The position numbers and the translations under genes were made by a program. A stretch of 39,134 nt of DNA from Desulfosudaceae bacterium (GTDB lineage Bacteria > Desulfobacterota > Desulfobacteria > Desulfobacterales > Desulfosudaceae), in contig JAWOCW010000294.1 of assembly GCA_046483615.1 (NCBI GenBank), forward strand, positions 1 through 39,134, written 5' to 3'. Shown here piece after piece: positions 1 to 7,960 of this stretch. A model generated the notes under the pieces. It saw only the letters and a program-made list of their open reading frames with translations. It searched no databases and was not told the DNA's origin. Numbering within the stretch: position 1 is the first letter of the stretch; each line of letters begins with the position of its first letter.

Positions 1-1091
1 TTGGTCAGTATCTGGCGCAGCCGGCTGGAGTCGCCGATCAGTCTGTCAGGGACATCGTCCTTGATCAGGCAGCCAAAATCAAGATTCCTGTCAAAGGCGT
101 TTCTGGCGAACAGGTCGGAAACGCTTTCCAGCAGTTCTCGCAGGCTGAACTCAATGTTTTCCAGGCGGATTTTGTCGGCTTCGATTTTGGAAAAATCAAG
201 AATATCACCAATAAGGGTACACAGGACGCTGGAACTTTGCTTGATGTTGGCCGTGTATTCCTGCTGTTCTTCGGTTTGCGAGGTCATGGACAGCAGATCC
301 GCCAGGCCGGTAATGCCGTTCAGCGGCGTTCTGAGTTCATGGCTCATATTGGCCAGGAATTTACTTTTAGCTTTATTGGCGGCCTCGGCGTTTTCTTTTT
401 CGCGTTTTAAAGAACGGAGCAGATCATCGTTTTTCATGGTCAGCTCAATGGAATTCGTGAAGGTTTGACTCATTCGTTTGGCAGTGGCGGTAATGATCAA
501 TCCCAACAACACTGTCATCGCTCCCATCAGAGTCGGCAGGCTTCCCCGGGCGGTAAAAAAGGCTATTGCCAGCGGTGTCAGCAGGGGAACCGCGAACAGG
601 CAGAAGGTGTCCATTCTTACGGCGTAGGAGGCCATGCCGCCGGCGGCCATACCGGCAATGATAAAAGCCAGAAAGACCTGGTGGACAATGGAGTCCGGCA
701 CGAACATGAGGAGGCTGCAGGCTCCCCAGACAAGGCCGGCCGCGCCTATCCCGATCGCCTGCAGGCGAAACCAGAAAATCGTGTTTTTATGTTCCGGCGA
801 GGTTTTTTTGTGGGCGAACCAGATCAGGTAGCGGATAAAGGTTATCACCAGGGCGGTGGCATACCAGGCAATGATAACAGATCGTGACACGGCGTTCCAC
901 AGAACATAAACCAGGATGGCGCCATTGATAATGGTGCCGGTCATGGAGATAGGCATATGGCTGTATAACTGGTTGGTCTGTTCGGCCAGAGCCCGCCTTA
1001 AAACGGCATCGCCATGACCACTGCCTGAAATCGCCATGATTTCCCCCGGAGACATCACCATCAGGCAAAACTGATTATGAACTTTTTTCAC
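1..1091 (-). CDS. Sensor histidine kinase, partial (C-terminal part lies beyond the left edge). Polytopic membrane N-terminus, coiled coil, then HisKA/DHp H-box
   Basis: Absent from the ORF track because there is no stop codon inside the window. My own minus-strand translation starts at GTG 1091 (alternative ATG at 1061 or 1055; in-frame TAA at 1095-1097 upstream). It reads VKKVHNQFCLMVMSPGEIMAISG...IIAWYATALVITFIRYLIWFAH...FLAFIIAGMAAGGMASYAV...KREKENAEAANKAKSKFLANMSHELRTPLNGITGLADLL...FSKIEADKIRLENIEFSL. SHELRTPLN is a canonical H-box (His codon 338-340). The + ORFs 1..468 and 465..887 are antisense shadows. Confidence 0.85.
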   Translation of the reverse strand, partial: MKKVHNQFCLMVMSPGEIMAISGSGHGDAVLRRALAEQTNQLYSHMPISMTGTIINGAILVYVLWNAVSRSVIIAWYATALVITFIRYLIWFAHKKTSPEHKNTIFWFRLQAIGIGAAGLVWGACSLLMFVPDSIVHQVFLAFIIAGMAAGGMASYAVRMDTFCLFAVPLLTPLAIAFFTARGSLPTLMGAMTVLLGLIITATAKRMSQTFTNSIELTMKNDDLLRSLKREKENAEAANKAKSKFLANMSHELRTPLNGITGLADLLSMTSQTEEQQEYTANIKQSSSVLCTLIGDILDFSKIEADKIRLENIEFSLRELLESVSDLFARNAFDRNLDFGCLIKDDVPDRLIGDSSRLRQILT

Positions 1092-1312
1092 TTTTTAATA
1101 TAATACATTACCATCTGTAATCCAAGAAGAATTCCAGGGAATAATTTCAGGGGATAATTTCAGTCTTGTATCTTTGTTAACGGGGTGTTATCGATATAAT
1201 TGTAATCATTGTTATCCCGAACAACCAAAAGGGTCCAGGCGCGAAGCAAAAACATTTCCACCGTGACCGCTGAAAATTTCATGAAATATCCGGGATACCC
1301 TCAGGCTGCCAC

Positions 1313-2002
1313 ATGAAAATTCTCGTTGTTGAAGATAATGTCGCTACCTTGAAGATGCTGGCAATATTGCTGACCAGGTGGGGATATGATGTCAATACGG
1401 CGGAGGACGGCCGTCGGGCGCTGGATATTATCAATGGCCCCGAGCCGCCGCGCCTGTATCTTCTTGATTGGGTGATGCCGGAGTTGAACGGTCTTGAATT
1501 ATGTAAACTTATCAGGTCCTCAACTTCCGGTATAGAAAACGGGTATATCGTTCTGTTGACTGGCCGCACCGACACCAGAGATATTGTTACCGGGCTTCAG
1601 GCCGGGGCTGATGATTATATTGCCAAACCTTTTCATCCGGAAGAGCTTCGGAGTCGGATCGGTTCCGGGAAAAGGATAATTGACCTGCAGGACGCCCTGG
1701 ATCGGCGGGGTAAGACCCAGGGTGTGCTGGAAATGGCGGGGGCGGTCTGCCACGAGTTGAATCAACCCCTGCAGGCCATCATGGGCTACACTAATCTGAT
1801 TTTGATGGATATGGACCCCCAGCATCCCCTGCAGGAAGGGTTGCAGGTTATTAATGCCCAGGTGGAGCGCATGGCTGTTTTGACCCGGAAGCTGATGCGG
1901 ATTACCCGTTATGAAACCAGGGAATACGTTGACGGGCAGCGGATTGTCGACATTGATCGGTCCGTGTCAGAAGATTATGATAATGACCGAACCGAAAAAT
2001 AA
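1313..2002 (+). CDS. Response-regulator receiver domain fused to a HisKA-like dimerisation/phosphotransfer (DHp) domain, with no ATPase domain
   Basis: MKILVVEDN...LLDWVMPELNGLELC...ADDYIAKPF is a REC domain. AVCHELNQPLQAIMGYTNLIL is a HisKA H-box. The protein ends at 229 aa with no N/G1/G2 boxes. It is divergent from the kinase at 1..1091. Confidence 0.85.
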   Translation: MKILVVEDNVATLKMLAILLTRWGYDVNTAEDGRRALDIINGPEPPRLYLLDWVMPELNGLELCKLIRSSTSGIENGYIVLLTGRTDTRDIVTGLQAGADDYIAKPFHPEELRSRIGSGKRIIDLQDALDRRGKTQGVLEMAGAVCHELNQPLQAIMGYTNLILMDMDPQHPLQEGLQVINAQVERMAVLTRKLMRITRYETREYVDGQRIVDIDRSVSEDYDNDRTEK

Positions 2003-2084
2003 GCGGTAACGGTGTTAACCCTCGTATTCCATGGATTTTTCCGGGCCGGCTGCTGGCTGGCTGTCGCGTAAAGACGGCCGGGGC

Positions 2085-2345
2085 TCAGGTTTTGAACAAC
2101 ATGCCGATGATGATAAAAATGAGCCCCAGGGCGAGCAGCAGCAGCGAAAGATTGATATAGGCGAGTTGTTCAGCCCAGGGACGGACTGTTCCCCAGGGAA
2201 TGCTCTCGATCCATTCCAGCCCCACCAATTGATTGATAGTGAAGAATTTGAAATCCACCGAGGGCATGACTTTGGAAATCATTTGAAATATAAACAGGAA
2301 TCCGGCTCCTATCCATATGATCAGACCTATTACGGAATATTTCAA
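2085..2345 (-). CDS. Small membrane protein (86 aa, 2-3 TM segments), unknown function
   Basis: TTG start at 2345 preceded by GGGGAGG at 2352-2358. Hydrophobic segments IGLIIWIGAGFLFIF and LSLLLLALGLIFIIIGML. Confidence 0.6.
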   Translation of the reverse strand: MKYSVIGLIIWIGAGFLFIFQMISKVMPSVDFKFFTINQLVGLEWIESIPWGTVRPWAEQLAYINLSLLLLALGLIFIIIGMLFKT

Positions 2346-2419
2346 AATTGCCTCCCCTTAAAAATCATTGGTTTTTCCGGATCATCCCGGTTAACAAGCC
2401 AGTTAATAATTATTTTTAT

Positions 2420-2448
2420 AGTATACCTCAAAGGCGATCAAAAGGCAA
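2420..2448 (-). promoter_or_regulatory. Candidate sigma70-type promoter for the 2085..2345 gene
   Basis: The minus strand reads TTGCCT-N17-TATACT (-35 at 2448-2443, -10 at 2425-2420), about 70 nt upstream of the TTG start. Confidence 0.35.
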
Positions 2449-2505
2449 TTCCGGGCCAGGTAAAAAAGTATATCCCAAGCAGATGGTAGACAAGGCGCGG
2501 GAAAC

Positions 2506-3627
2506 TCAGCCGGGGCGTTTTTCGGGGAAAAGCTCCCAGACCGATTCCCGGTCCGCCCGGCAGACGCCCCGTTCAGTAATAAAACCGGTCACCAGCCGGG
2601 CCGGAGTAACGTCAAAGGCATAGTTGGCGGCCGGACTGTCCTCCGGAACCAGGAGCACGGTCTCCAGCTTGTTGTCAGCCAGGCCTTGAATATACCTGAC
2701 CTCGTCGGGATCACGTTCCTCGATGGGGATCTGCCTCAGTCCGTCTTCTATCTCCCAGTCAAAAGTGCTCGAAGGCAGCGCCACGTAAAAAGGAAGATCG
2801 TTGTCCCTGGCGGCCAGCGCTTTTAAGTAGGTGCCGATTTTGTTGGCCACGTCGCCGGTATAAGTGGTGCGGTCGGTTCCTACCAGAACCATGTCCACCA
2901 GACCATGCTGCATCAGGTGACCGCCGGCATTATCGGTTATAACGGTATGCGGGATGCCGTAGCGTCCCAGCTCCCAGGCCGTCAGCCGGGCTCCCTGGTT
3001 GAGCGGCCGGGTTTCATCCACCCAGACGTGAATGTCAATATTGTTATCAAAGGCGGCGTAGATGGGCGCCGTGGCCGTGCCATATTCAATGCAGGCCAGC
3101 CAGCCGGCGTTGCAGTGGGTCAGGATGTTGACCGGTCCTGTTTTTTTGGCGCGGCGGATATCTTCGATCAAGGGCAGTCCGAATTGGCCTATTTTTTTGC
3201 AGTTTTCGGCTTCCTCGTCGGCAATGGCCAGGGCTTCCCGCCGGGCCTTGTCCACGCAATCCGCCTGGTCCGTTCCTGCCGCGTCGTCGGCCAGCGAGGC
3301 CTGGCTGACCCGGTCCACTCCCCAGGCCAGGTTGACGGCTGTCGGCCGGGCTTGTTTCAAGCGATCACATTCCTGGAGGAACTCTTTTTTAAAATCCCCC
3401 TGGGCGGTGTTCAGGGCCGCCAGGAAGGCGCCGAAAGCGCCGGTAGCGCCTATCAAGGGAGCGCCCCGGACCAGCATGTTCTGGATGGCGTCAATGACGT
3501 TATCCACGGTGGTCAAATCGACTATCACGTGTTTATGCGGCAGCTGCCGCTGATCAATAATCTGCACGGTCCGGCCGTCGTTGTGCAGCCAGATCGGCCG
3601 GCCGGTGCGGGTGTTTTTTGCTGTCAT
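2506..3627 (-). CDS. mtnA: S-methyl-5-thioribose-1-phosphate isomerase (eIF-2B alpha/beta/delta family)
   Basis: 373 aa with the family motifs VRGAPLIGATGAFG, ILTHCNAGWLA and VLVGTDRTTYTGDVANKIGTYLKAL. Confidence 0.9.
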   Translation of the reverse strand: MTAKNTRTGRPIWLHNDGRTVQIIDQRQLPHKHVIVDLTTVDNVIDAIQNMLVRGAPLIGATGAFGAFLAALNTAQGDFKKEFLQECDRLKQARPTAVNLAWGVDRVSQASLADDAAGTDQADCVDKARREALAIADEEAENCKKIGQFGLPLIEDIRRAKKTGPVNILTHCNAGWLACIEYGTATAPIYAAFDNNIDIHVWVDETRPLNQGARLTAWELGRYGIPHTVITDNAGGHLMQHGLVDMVLVGTDRTTYTGDVANKIGTYLKALAARDNDLPFYVALPSSTFDWEIEDGLRQIPIEERDPDEVRYIQGLADNKLETVLLVPEDSPAANYAFDVTPARLVTGFITERGVCRADRESVWELFPEKRPG

Positions 3628-3672
3628 GTGGTGTTCCCTTTCAACCTGTAATACGCGGGTGAAGTCTTCGGT

Positions 3673-3888
3673 TCAGGACTGCTGGTCGTCCCCGGTTGCC
3701 AGTTGCCGCAGTTGTTTCTGAAGTTCGTCCCGGGCTTCCTCCAGTCGTTCCAGTTCCTGAATATGTTCCGGTTTGACGGAGTGCGGGGGAAGGCGTTTTT
3801 CCTGCTCGGCTATATCCTTTTCCAGTTGTTGGAGTTTCTGAAGTAAAAAATCTTTTTGATCGTCCATAGGTTGTTCCTTGTTGTTCAC
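3673..3888 (-). CDS. Small charged coiled-coil protein (64-71 aa), unknown function, directly upstream of mtnA
   Basis: The ORF is MNNKEQPMDDQKDFLLQKLQQLEKDIAEQEKRLPPHSVKPEHIQELERLEEARDELQKQL. The likely real start is ATG 3867, preceded by AAGGA. There is a 45-nt gap to mtnA. Confidence 0.5.
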   Translation of the reverse strand: MNNKEQPMDDQKDFLLQKLQQLEKDIAEQEKRLPPHSVKPEHIQELERLEEARDELQKQLRQLATGDDQQS

Positions 3889-3891
3889 GAT

Positions 3892-3931
3892 AAAAAAACG
3901 GGCCCGGCAAACCGTTCCGGCAGGCGGGCCG
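3892..3931 (-). terminator. Intrinsic-terminator-like GC hairpin plus U7 on the minus strand, immediately upstream of the small ORF/mtnA
   Basis: The minus strand reads ACGGCCCGCCTGCCGGAACGGTTTGCCGGGCCCG followed by TTTTTTT (3898-3892). The GGCCCG/CGGGCC base stem has a short inner CCG/CGG stem. Confidence 0.45.
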
Positions 3932-4127
3932 TTGAAAATTGCCGCCTGGTTCGGCTGACCAGCCAGCGATTTCTATGCCATACAATATTAACCGCCCGGC
4001 CCCATGAATGCAACCATGCAATAACACCAGGCAATAAGGCCATCAGGTTCCATCCGGGTTGTCTCTCCACCATCACGGGCCGTCAGCCGACGGTTGATCA
4101 GGCCCCTGCCTTCCTTGTTCCTCTTGA

Positions 4128-4156
4128 TTGACAGGTAACTGATTTCTCTTTATCAT
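4128..4156 (+). promoter_or_regulatory. Candidate sigma70 promoter for the cyclase gene
   Basis: TTGACA (4128-4133) - N17 - TATCAT (4151-4156). A second candidate is an extended -10, TGGTATAAT, at 4182-4190. Confidence 0.35.
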
Positions 4157-4284
4157 TAATAAAATCAGAAAAAATTGTAATTGGTATAATCAAGCGCATC
4201 ATAAATAAGCAAGCGGCGCGTCTCGCCGGTTTCTCCGGCTGATGGGGACGGTTGCCCGGGGTAAACATAAGCCAGGCGAGCAGG

Positions 4285-6012
4285 ATGATTTTTTCATGGA
4301 CGCGGTTGAAGGAGGCGGGGACGAGACTGAGGGGACGGTTCCGCCGTTTTCACGGTAAAGACACTCTCATCGGCCAGGTTCTTATCGACAAGCAGATCGT
4401 CACGGAAGATCAGCTCAACCACGCTCTGGATGTCCAAAAAACCAGGCTGATGGAAGATGGGCAGGCCGTTCCCATCGGCATGGTCATCGTGGAACTCGGC
4501 TATGCCCGGGAAGAGACGGTGGTCGCCGCCATCAACGAGCATTATCAGCTGACCGTTTCTTCGCTTTCCGATAATATCCGGGAACTGGTGGGGCGTCTCC
4601 GGCGCCCCCTGGTTGACAAGCTGCCCGCCCCGCGTCTGCCCATCTGGTTGCAGCTTTCCGTGACCATGATGATGGTGATTGTTTTAACAGCCCTGGCCTT
4701 TAACTATTTCAGTCTTAATCGCCAGAAGGAGCAATTGTATCAACGGACCCTGAAAATCGGCCTGGTCAGCCTGAATTACTTTGACAGTAATGCCCGCGTT
4801 CCCATGCTCAAGGACAATCTGCTTCAGCTGAACGCTTTGATCAAGGACGCCACCCAGGTAGAGGGGATTGTTTACGCCTTTATTACCGATAATAACCGGA
4901 AAATCATGGCGCATACCAATCTGAACCGGATCGGTTCGGATATGCCCGCCTTTCAACAGATTGACAAGATTGAGCGCAAGGGAACCGATGTTTATTTCAA
5001 CCATGTCCTTGCCGACGGCACCCATACCCTGAATATTTCCCGGCCGGTTCAATTCAAGGATAAAAGGCTGGGTATGGTCCATGTCGGAGTTTCCCTGGAC
5101 TTTATCCAGGAGTTGATTCACCAGGAACGCGTGACCCTGATGATCACTACCCTGGTTATAATTTTTGTCGGTCTTTTATTGGCCCTGATCCTGGGGTTTC
5201 GATATTCTATACCGATCAAAAAGCTGGTGGAGGCTACCCGCGAGATCGGCCGGGGGAACTATCGCCATAAGGTGCGCTTGAAGCGTAATGATGAGCTGGG
5301 TAATCTGGCCCGGGCTTTTAACCAGATGAGCGATGAGTTGTGGCGGAACACCATGATGCAGGAATCGTTCGGAAAATATGTGGGTCATGAAGTGCTGGAA
5401 ATGATTATGGCTGATCCCCGGCAGCAATGGCTGAAGGGGCATCGTAATGAAGCAACCATACTTTTCGCCGATATCAGGGGATTTACCTCCTTTTCAGATG
5501 AAAAGGAACCGGAACAGGTTATTGTTCTGCTGAACGCCTATTTTGAGATAACCGCCAGTGTTATCATGGATCAGGGCGGCTACGTTGATAAATTCATCGG
5601 GGACGCTGTCCTGGGAGTTTTCGGAGTGCCGGTGTTCCGCAAAAAACATGTGGAAAGAGCCTTGCGGGCTGCCCTTGAGATGCAAAGCCGGTTGCAAAAA
5701 GCCGCGCAAGATGGTAAGGCCTTGTTAGCAGAAGTCGGCATCGGTATTGACAGTGGCGTGATTGTTTCCGGAAATATCGGCTCACAGGAGAAAATGGAGT
5801 ACACGGTCATCGGCAGCAGTGTCAACGCGGCTTCCCGCTTGAGCGGGCTGGCGGGGCCTGGAGAAATCCTTATCAGCAGAACTGTTTATGATCAGGTCAA
5901 GAAGATGATCACGGCCGAAGCCATGCCGGCCAGGCAGATCAAGGGGTTTACTGAGCCGGTGGAAACATTCAAGGTGCTTGGCCTTCGCAAAAACGGAACC
6001 ATAAAAAATTGA
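4285..6012 (+). CDS. Membrane class III adenylate/guanylate cyclase. Domain order: T2SSE_N-like N-terminal domain, TM, Cache-like periplasmic domain, TM, HAMP, cyclase domain
   Basis: Cyclase motifs ATILFADIRGFTSFSD, FIGDAVLGVFG and YTVIGSSVNAASRL. HAMP region PIKKLVEATREIGRGNYRHKV...ELGNLARAFNQM. TM segments LQLSVTMMMVIVLTALAF and LMITTLVIIFVGLLLALILGF. ATG at 4285; the track ORF starts at TTG 4252. Confidence 0.9.
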   Translation: MIFSWTRLKEAGTRLRGRFRRFHGKDTLIGQVLIDKQIVTEDQLNHALDVQKTRLMEDGQAVPIGMVIVELGYAREETVVAAINEHYQLTVSSLSDNIRELVGRLRRPLVDKLPAPRLPIWLQLSVTMMMVIVLTALAFNYFSLNRQKEQLYQRTLKIGLVSLNYFDSNARVPMLKDNLLQLNALIKDATQVEGIVYAFITDNNRKIMAHTNLNRIGSDMPAFQQIDKIERKGTDVYFNHVLADGTHTLNISRPVQFKDKRLGMVHVGVSLDFIQELIHQERVTLMITTLVIIFVGLLLALILGFRYSIPIKKLVEATREIGRGNYRHKVRLKRNDELGNLARAFNQMSDELWRNTMMQESFGKYVGHEVLEMIMADPRQQWLKGHRNEATILFADIRGFTSFSDEKEPEQVIVLLNAYFEITASVIMDQGGYVDKFIGDAVLGVFGVPVFRKKHVERALRAALEMQSRLQKAAQDGKALLAEVGIGIDSGVIVSGNIGSQEKMEYTVIGSSVNAASRLSGLAGPGEILISRTVYDQVKKMITAEAMPARQIKGFTEPVETFKVLGLRKNGTIKN

Positions 6013-6030
6013 CAATAGATTGACAATAGC

Positions 6031-6684
6031 ATGAAAAAAGCGATCGCGTTCATATTGCTGGCGGCGCTGATCAGTCTGTCGGGCTGTGGTGCCTTCAAAA
6101 AACAATTTCCCGGGAAAACTTCTCCTCCTCCGGAAGAAGATGCTTCTCCGGCCGTCCTTCCGGAAACGGAGATAAAAGACGTCAAGCGTCCCCGCTACAC
6201 CAAACCTTCCCAGCCGGCGTCGGACCCGGCGGAAGCCCGGAAAATTATTGATCAGAAGCTGACCCTGGCCAGGCAGCACCTGGGGAAAGGGCGGTATGGC
6301 CAGGTGCCCCCTCTGGTGAATGAAGTCTTAGCGCTTGATCAGGCCAACCCCGAGGCTCTGACTCTTTTGAACAGCGCTTATTATCAGTGGGGCCATGAAT
6401 TGTATAACCAGGGTGAGTATCATCAAGCACTGGCAATAATGGACCGGGTCTCGCCCGGGTACAAAGGCACCAAAGAATTTAAAACCAGAATTCATCATAA
6501 GATGGCGTCCGAAGCCGAGGCCTCTTATAAAGTAGGTGTCATGTATTTTATCAATGAGGATCTGGAAAAGGCCATTGCCGCCTGGGAAAAGACCCTGCGC
6601 CTGAATCCGTCTCACCCGACGGCGGAAAAGAATATTGAAAACGCCAAAAATTTGCTGGATGAGTATCAAAAAATAGAAGATTAA
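6031..6684 (+). CDS. TPR-repeat lipoprotein
   Basis: Signal peptide with lipobox, MKKAIAFILLAALISLSGC. TPR-like repeats (ALTLLNSAYYQWGHELYNQGEYHQAL, YKVGVMYFINEDLEKAIAAWEKTLRLNP). Confidence 0.8.
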   Translation: MKKAIAFILLAALISLSGCGAFKKQFPGKTSPPPEEDASPAVLPETEIKDVKRPRYTKPSQPASDPAEARKIIDQKLTLARQHLGKGRYGQVPPLVNEVLALDQANPEALTLLNSAYYQWGHELYNQGEYHQALAIMDRVSPGYKGTKEFKTRIHHKMASEAEASYKVGVMYFINEDLEKAIAAWEKTLRLNPSHPTAEKNIENAKNLLDEYQKIED

Positions 6685-6783
6685 TTTTGTGGGATTCTTA
6701 AAAGATCTTTTTTGTAGCCGATTGAGGGATATTTTTTTCAATCTGACTGTTTCATAAAACATCCGGGGTAAGGGGAGTCGACA

Positions 6784-7068
6784 ATGATTAAAAGTAAATT
6801 GTTCTGGCAGGGGAATATGGTGGGGGCCATGGCCGGGTGGATTTTTATTTTGTATGGTTTGCTGGCGCCCCTGCCAACCGGACTGGTGCAAGGTCTGTGG
6901 TGGGTGGTGCTGATTTTATGGGTGGTCGGTCATCCCCTGGAATTAGCAATGTCTCTGCCCGTTGGTAAACAGGCCGGGATAAAAACCAACCGGACAATCG
7001 TGATGACCCTGGTTTTCGGTATTACCTGGTGGATACCCATCAAGCTGGGGGTTTTCAAGGAAGCATAA
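6784..7068 (+). CDS. Small integral membrane protein (94 aa), unknown function
   Basis: AAGGGGAG RBS upstream of ATG 6784. Three hydrophobic, Trp-rich segments. Confidence 0.6.
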   Translation: MIKSKLFWQGNMVGAMAGWIFILYGLLAPLPTGLVQGLWWVVLILWVVGHPLELAMSLPVGKQAGIKTNRTIVMTLVFGITWWIPIKLGVFKEA

Positions 7069-7198
7069 TCGCGGTTGGCCGCCAATCAATCATGATCCTG
7101 TTATAACAACAGGCCTCCTGTTTCCCGGGCTGGCGCCGTGACGGGAGTCAGGCCGGGCAGGTCGACAACCACGACTCTGGCAGCTATTTCCGCGGGAG

Positions 7199-7918
7199 AT
7201 GATGCATTTAAGTAAAATCAACATACTCGCTGAATCCTTTCCGGACACGGATCAATATCCTTTTAATCTGGGGTTGCTGCGTGAAACCAGGCAGGTTGAC
7301 CTGACCACCCCGGTTACTTTTTTCGCGGGTGAAAACGGAACCGGCAAATCGACCCTGCTGGAGGCTGTTGCCCGGCGTTGCAATATCCAGATATGGGGTG
7401 GCGAGGAACGGCGGCGGCTGCGCGGCAATCCTTACGAGAAAATGCTGCCGGCCTGCCTGTCCGTGGAATGGACCGCCGGTCCGGTACCCGGATCCTTTTT
7501 TGCTTCCGAATTGTTCCGGCATTTCGCCCAGTTGCTGGATGAATGGGCCGTTGATGATCCGGCCGTGCTGGATTATTTCGGCAGCCAGTCCCTGATGGAA
7601 AAATCTCATGGCCAGAGCCACCTGGCCTTTTTTAAAACCAGGTATGCCATCAAAGGGCTGTACTTTCTGGATGAGCCGGAAAACGCCCTTTCTCCGAAAA
7701 GCCAGCTGGAGTTGCGGCGGGTGTTGCACCAGGCCGGCCGGGACCATGACGTCCAGTTCCTTATCGCCACGCACTCGCCCCTGCTGCTGTCTTTGCCCGG
7801 CGCGACCATCTTCAGTTTCGACGAATCGCCGCTGCAAACCGTCTCCTGCGAGGAGACCGAGCATTACCGGGTTTACAGGGATTTTTTTCATAATCCGGAG
7901 CGGTTTTCCGTGGAGTAG
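7199..7918 (+). CDS. Small ABC-type/AAA ATPase (239 aa, no other domain)
   Basis: Walker A GENGTGKST, Walker B LYFLDEPENALSP, H-loop region LIATHSPLLL. Confidence 0.8.
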   Translation: MMHLSKINILAESFPDTDQYPFNLGLLRETRQVDLTTPVTFFAGENGTGKSTLLEAVARRCNIQIWGGEERRRLRGNPYEKMLPACLSVEWTAGPVPGSFFASELFRHFAQLLDEWAVDDPAVLDYFGSQSLMEKSHGQSHLAFFKTRYAIKGLYFLDEPENALSPKSQLELRRVLHQAGRDHDVQFLIATHSPLLLSLPGATIFSFDESPLQTVSCEETEHYRVYRDFFHNPERFSVE

Positions 7919-7960
7919 GGTGGCCGGCCGGCCAGGATATTTTTTCAGGAAAAATCAGGG

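Noticed and set aside
3932-4127. SAM-I (S-box) riboswitch upstream of mtnA
   Set aside because: I could not find the conserved core elements (AUCAAGAG, GGAGGGA..GGCCC, GCAACC, GGUGCUAA) on the minus strand. I kept it only as an unclassified structured leader.
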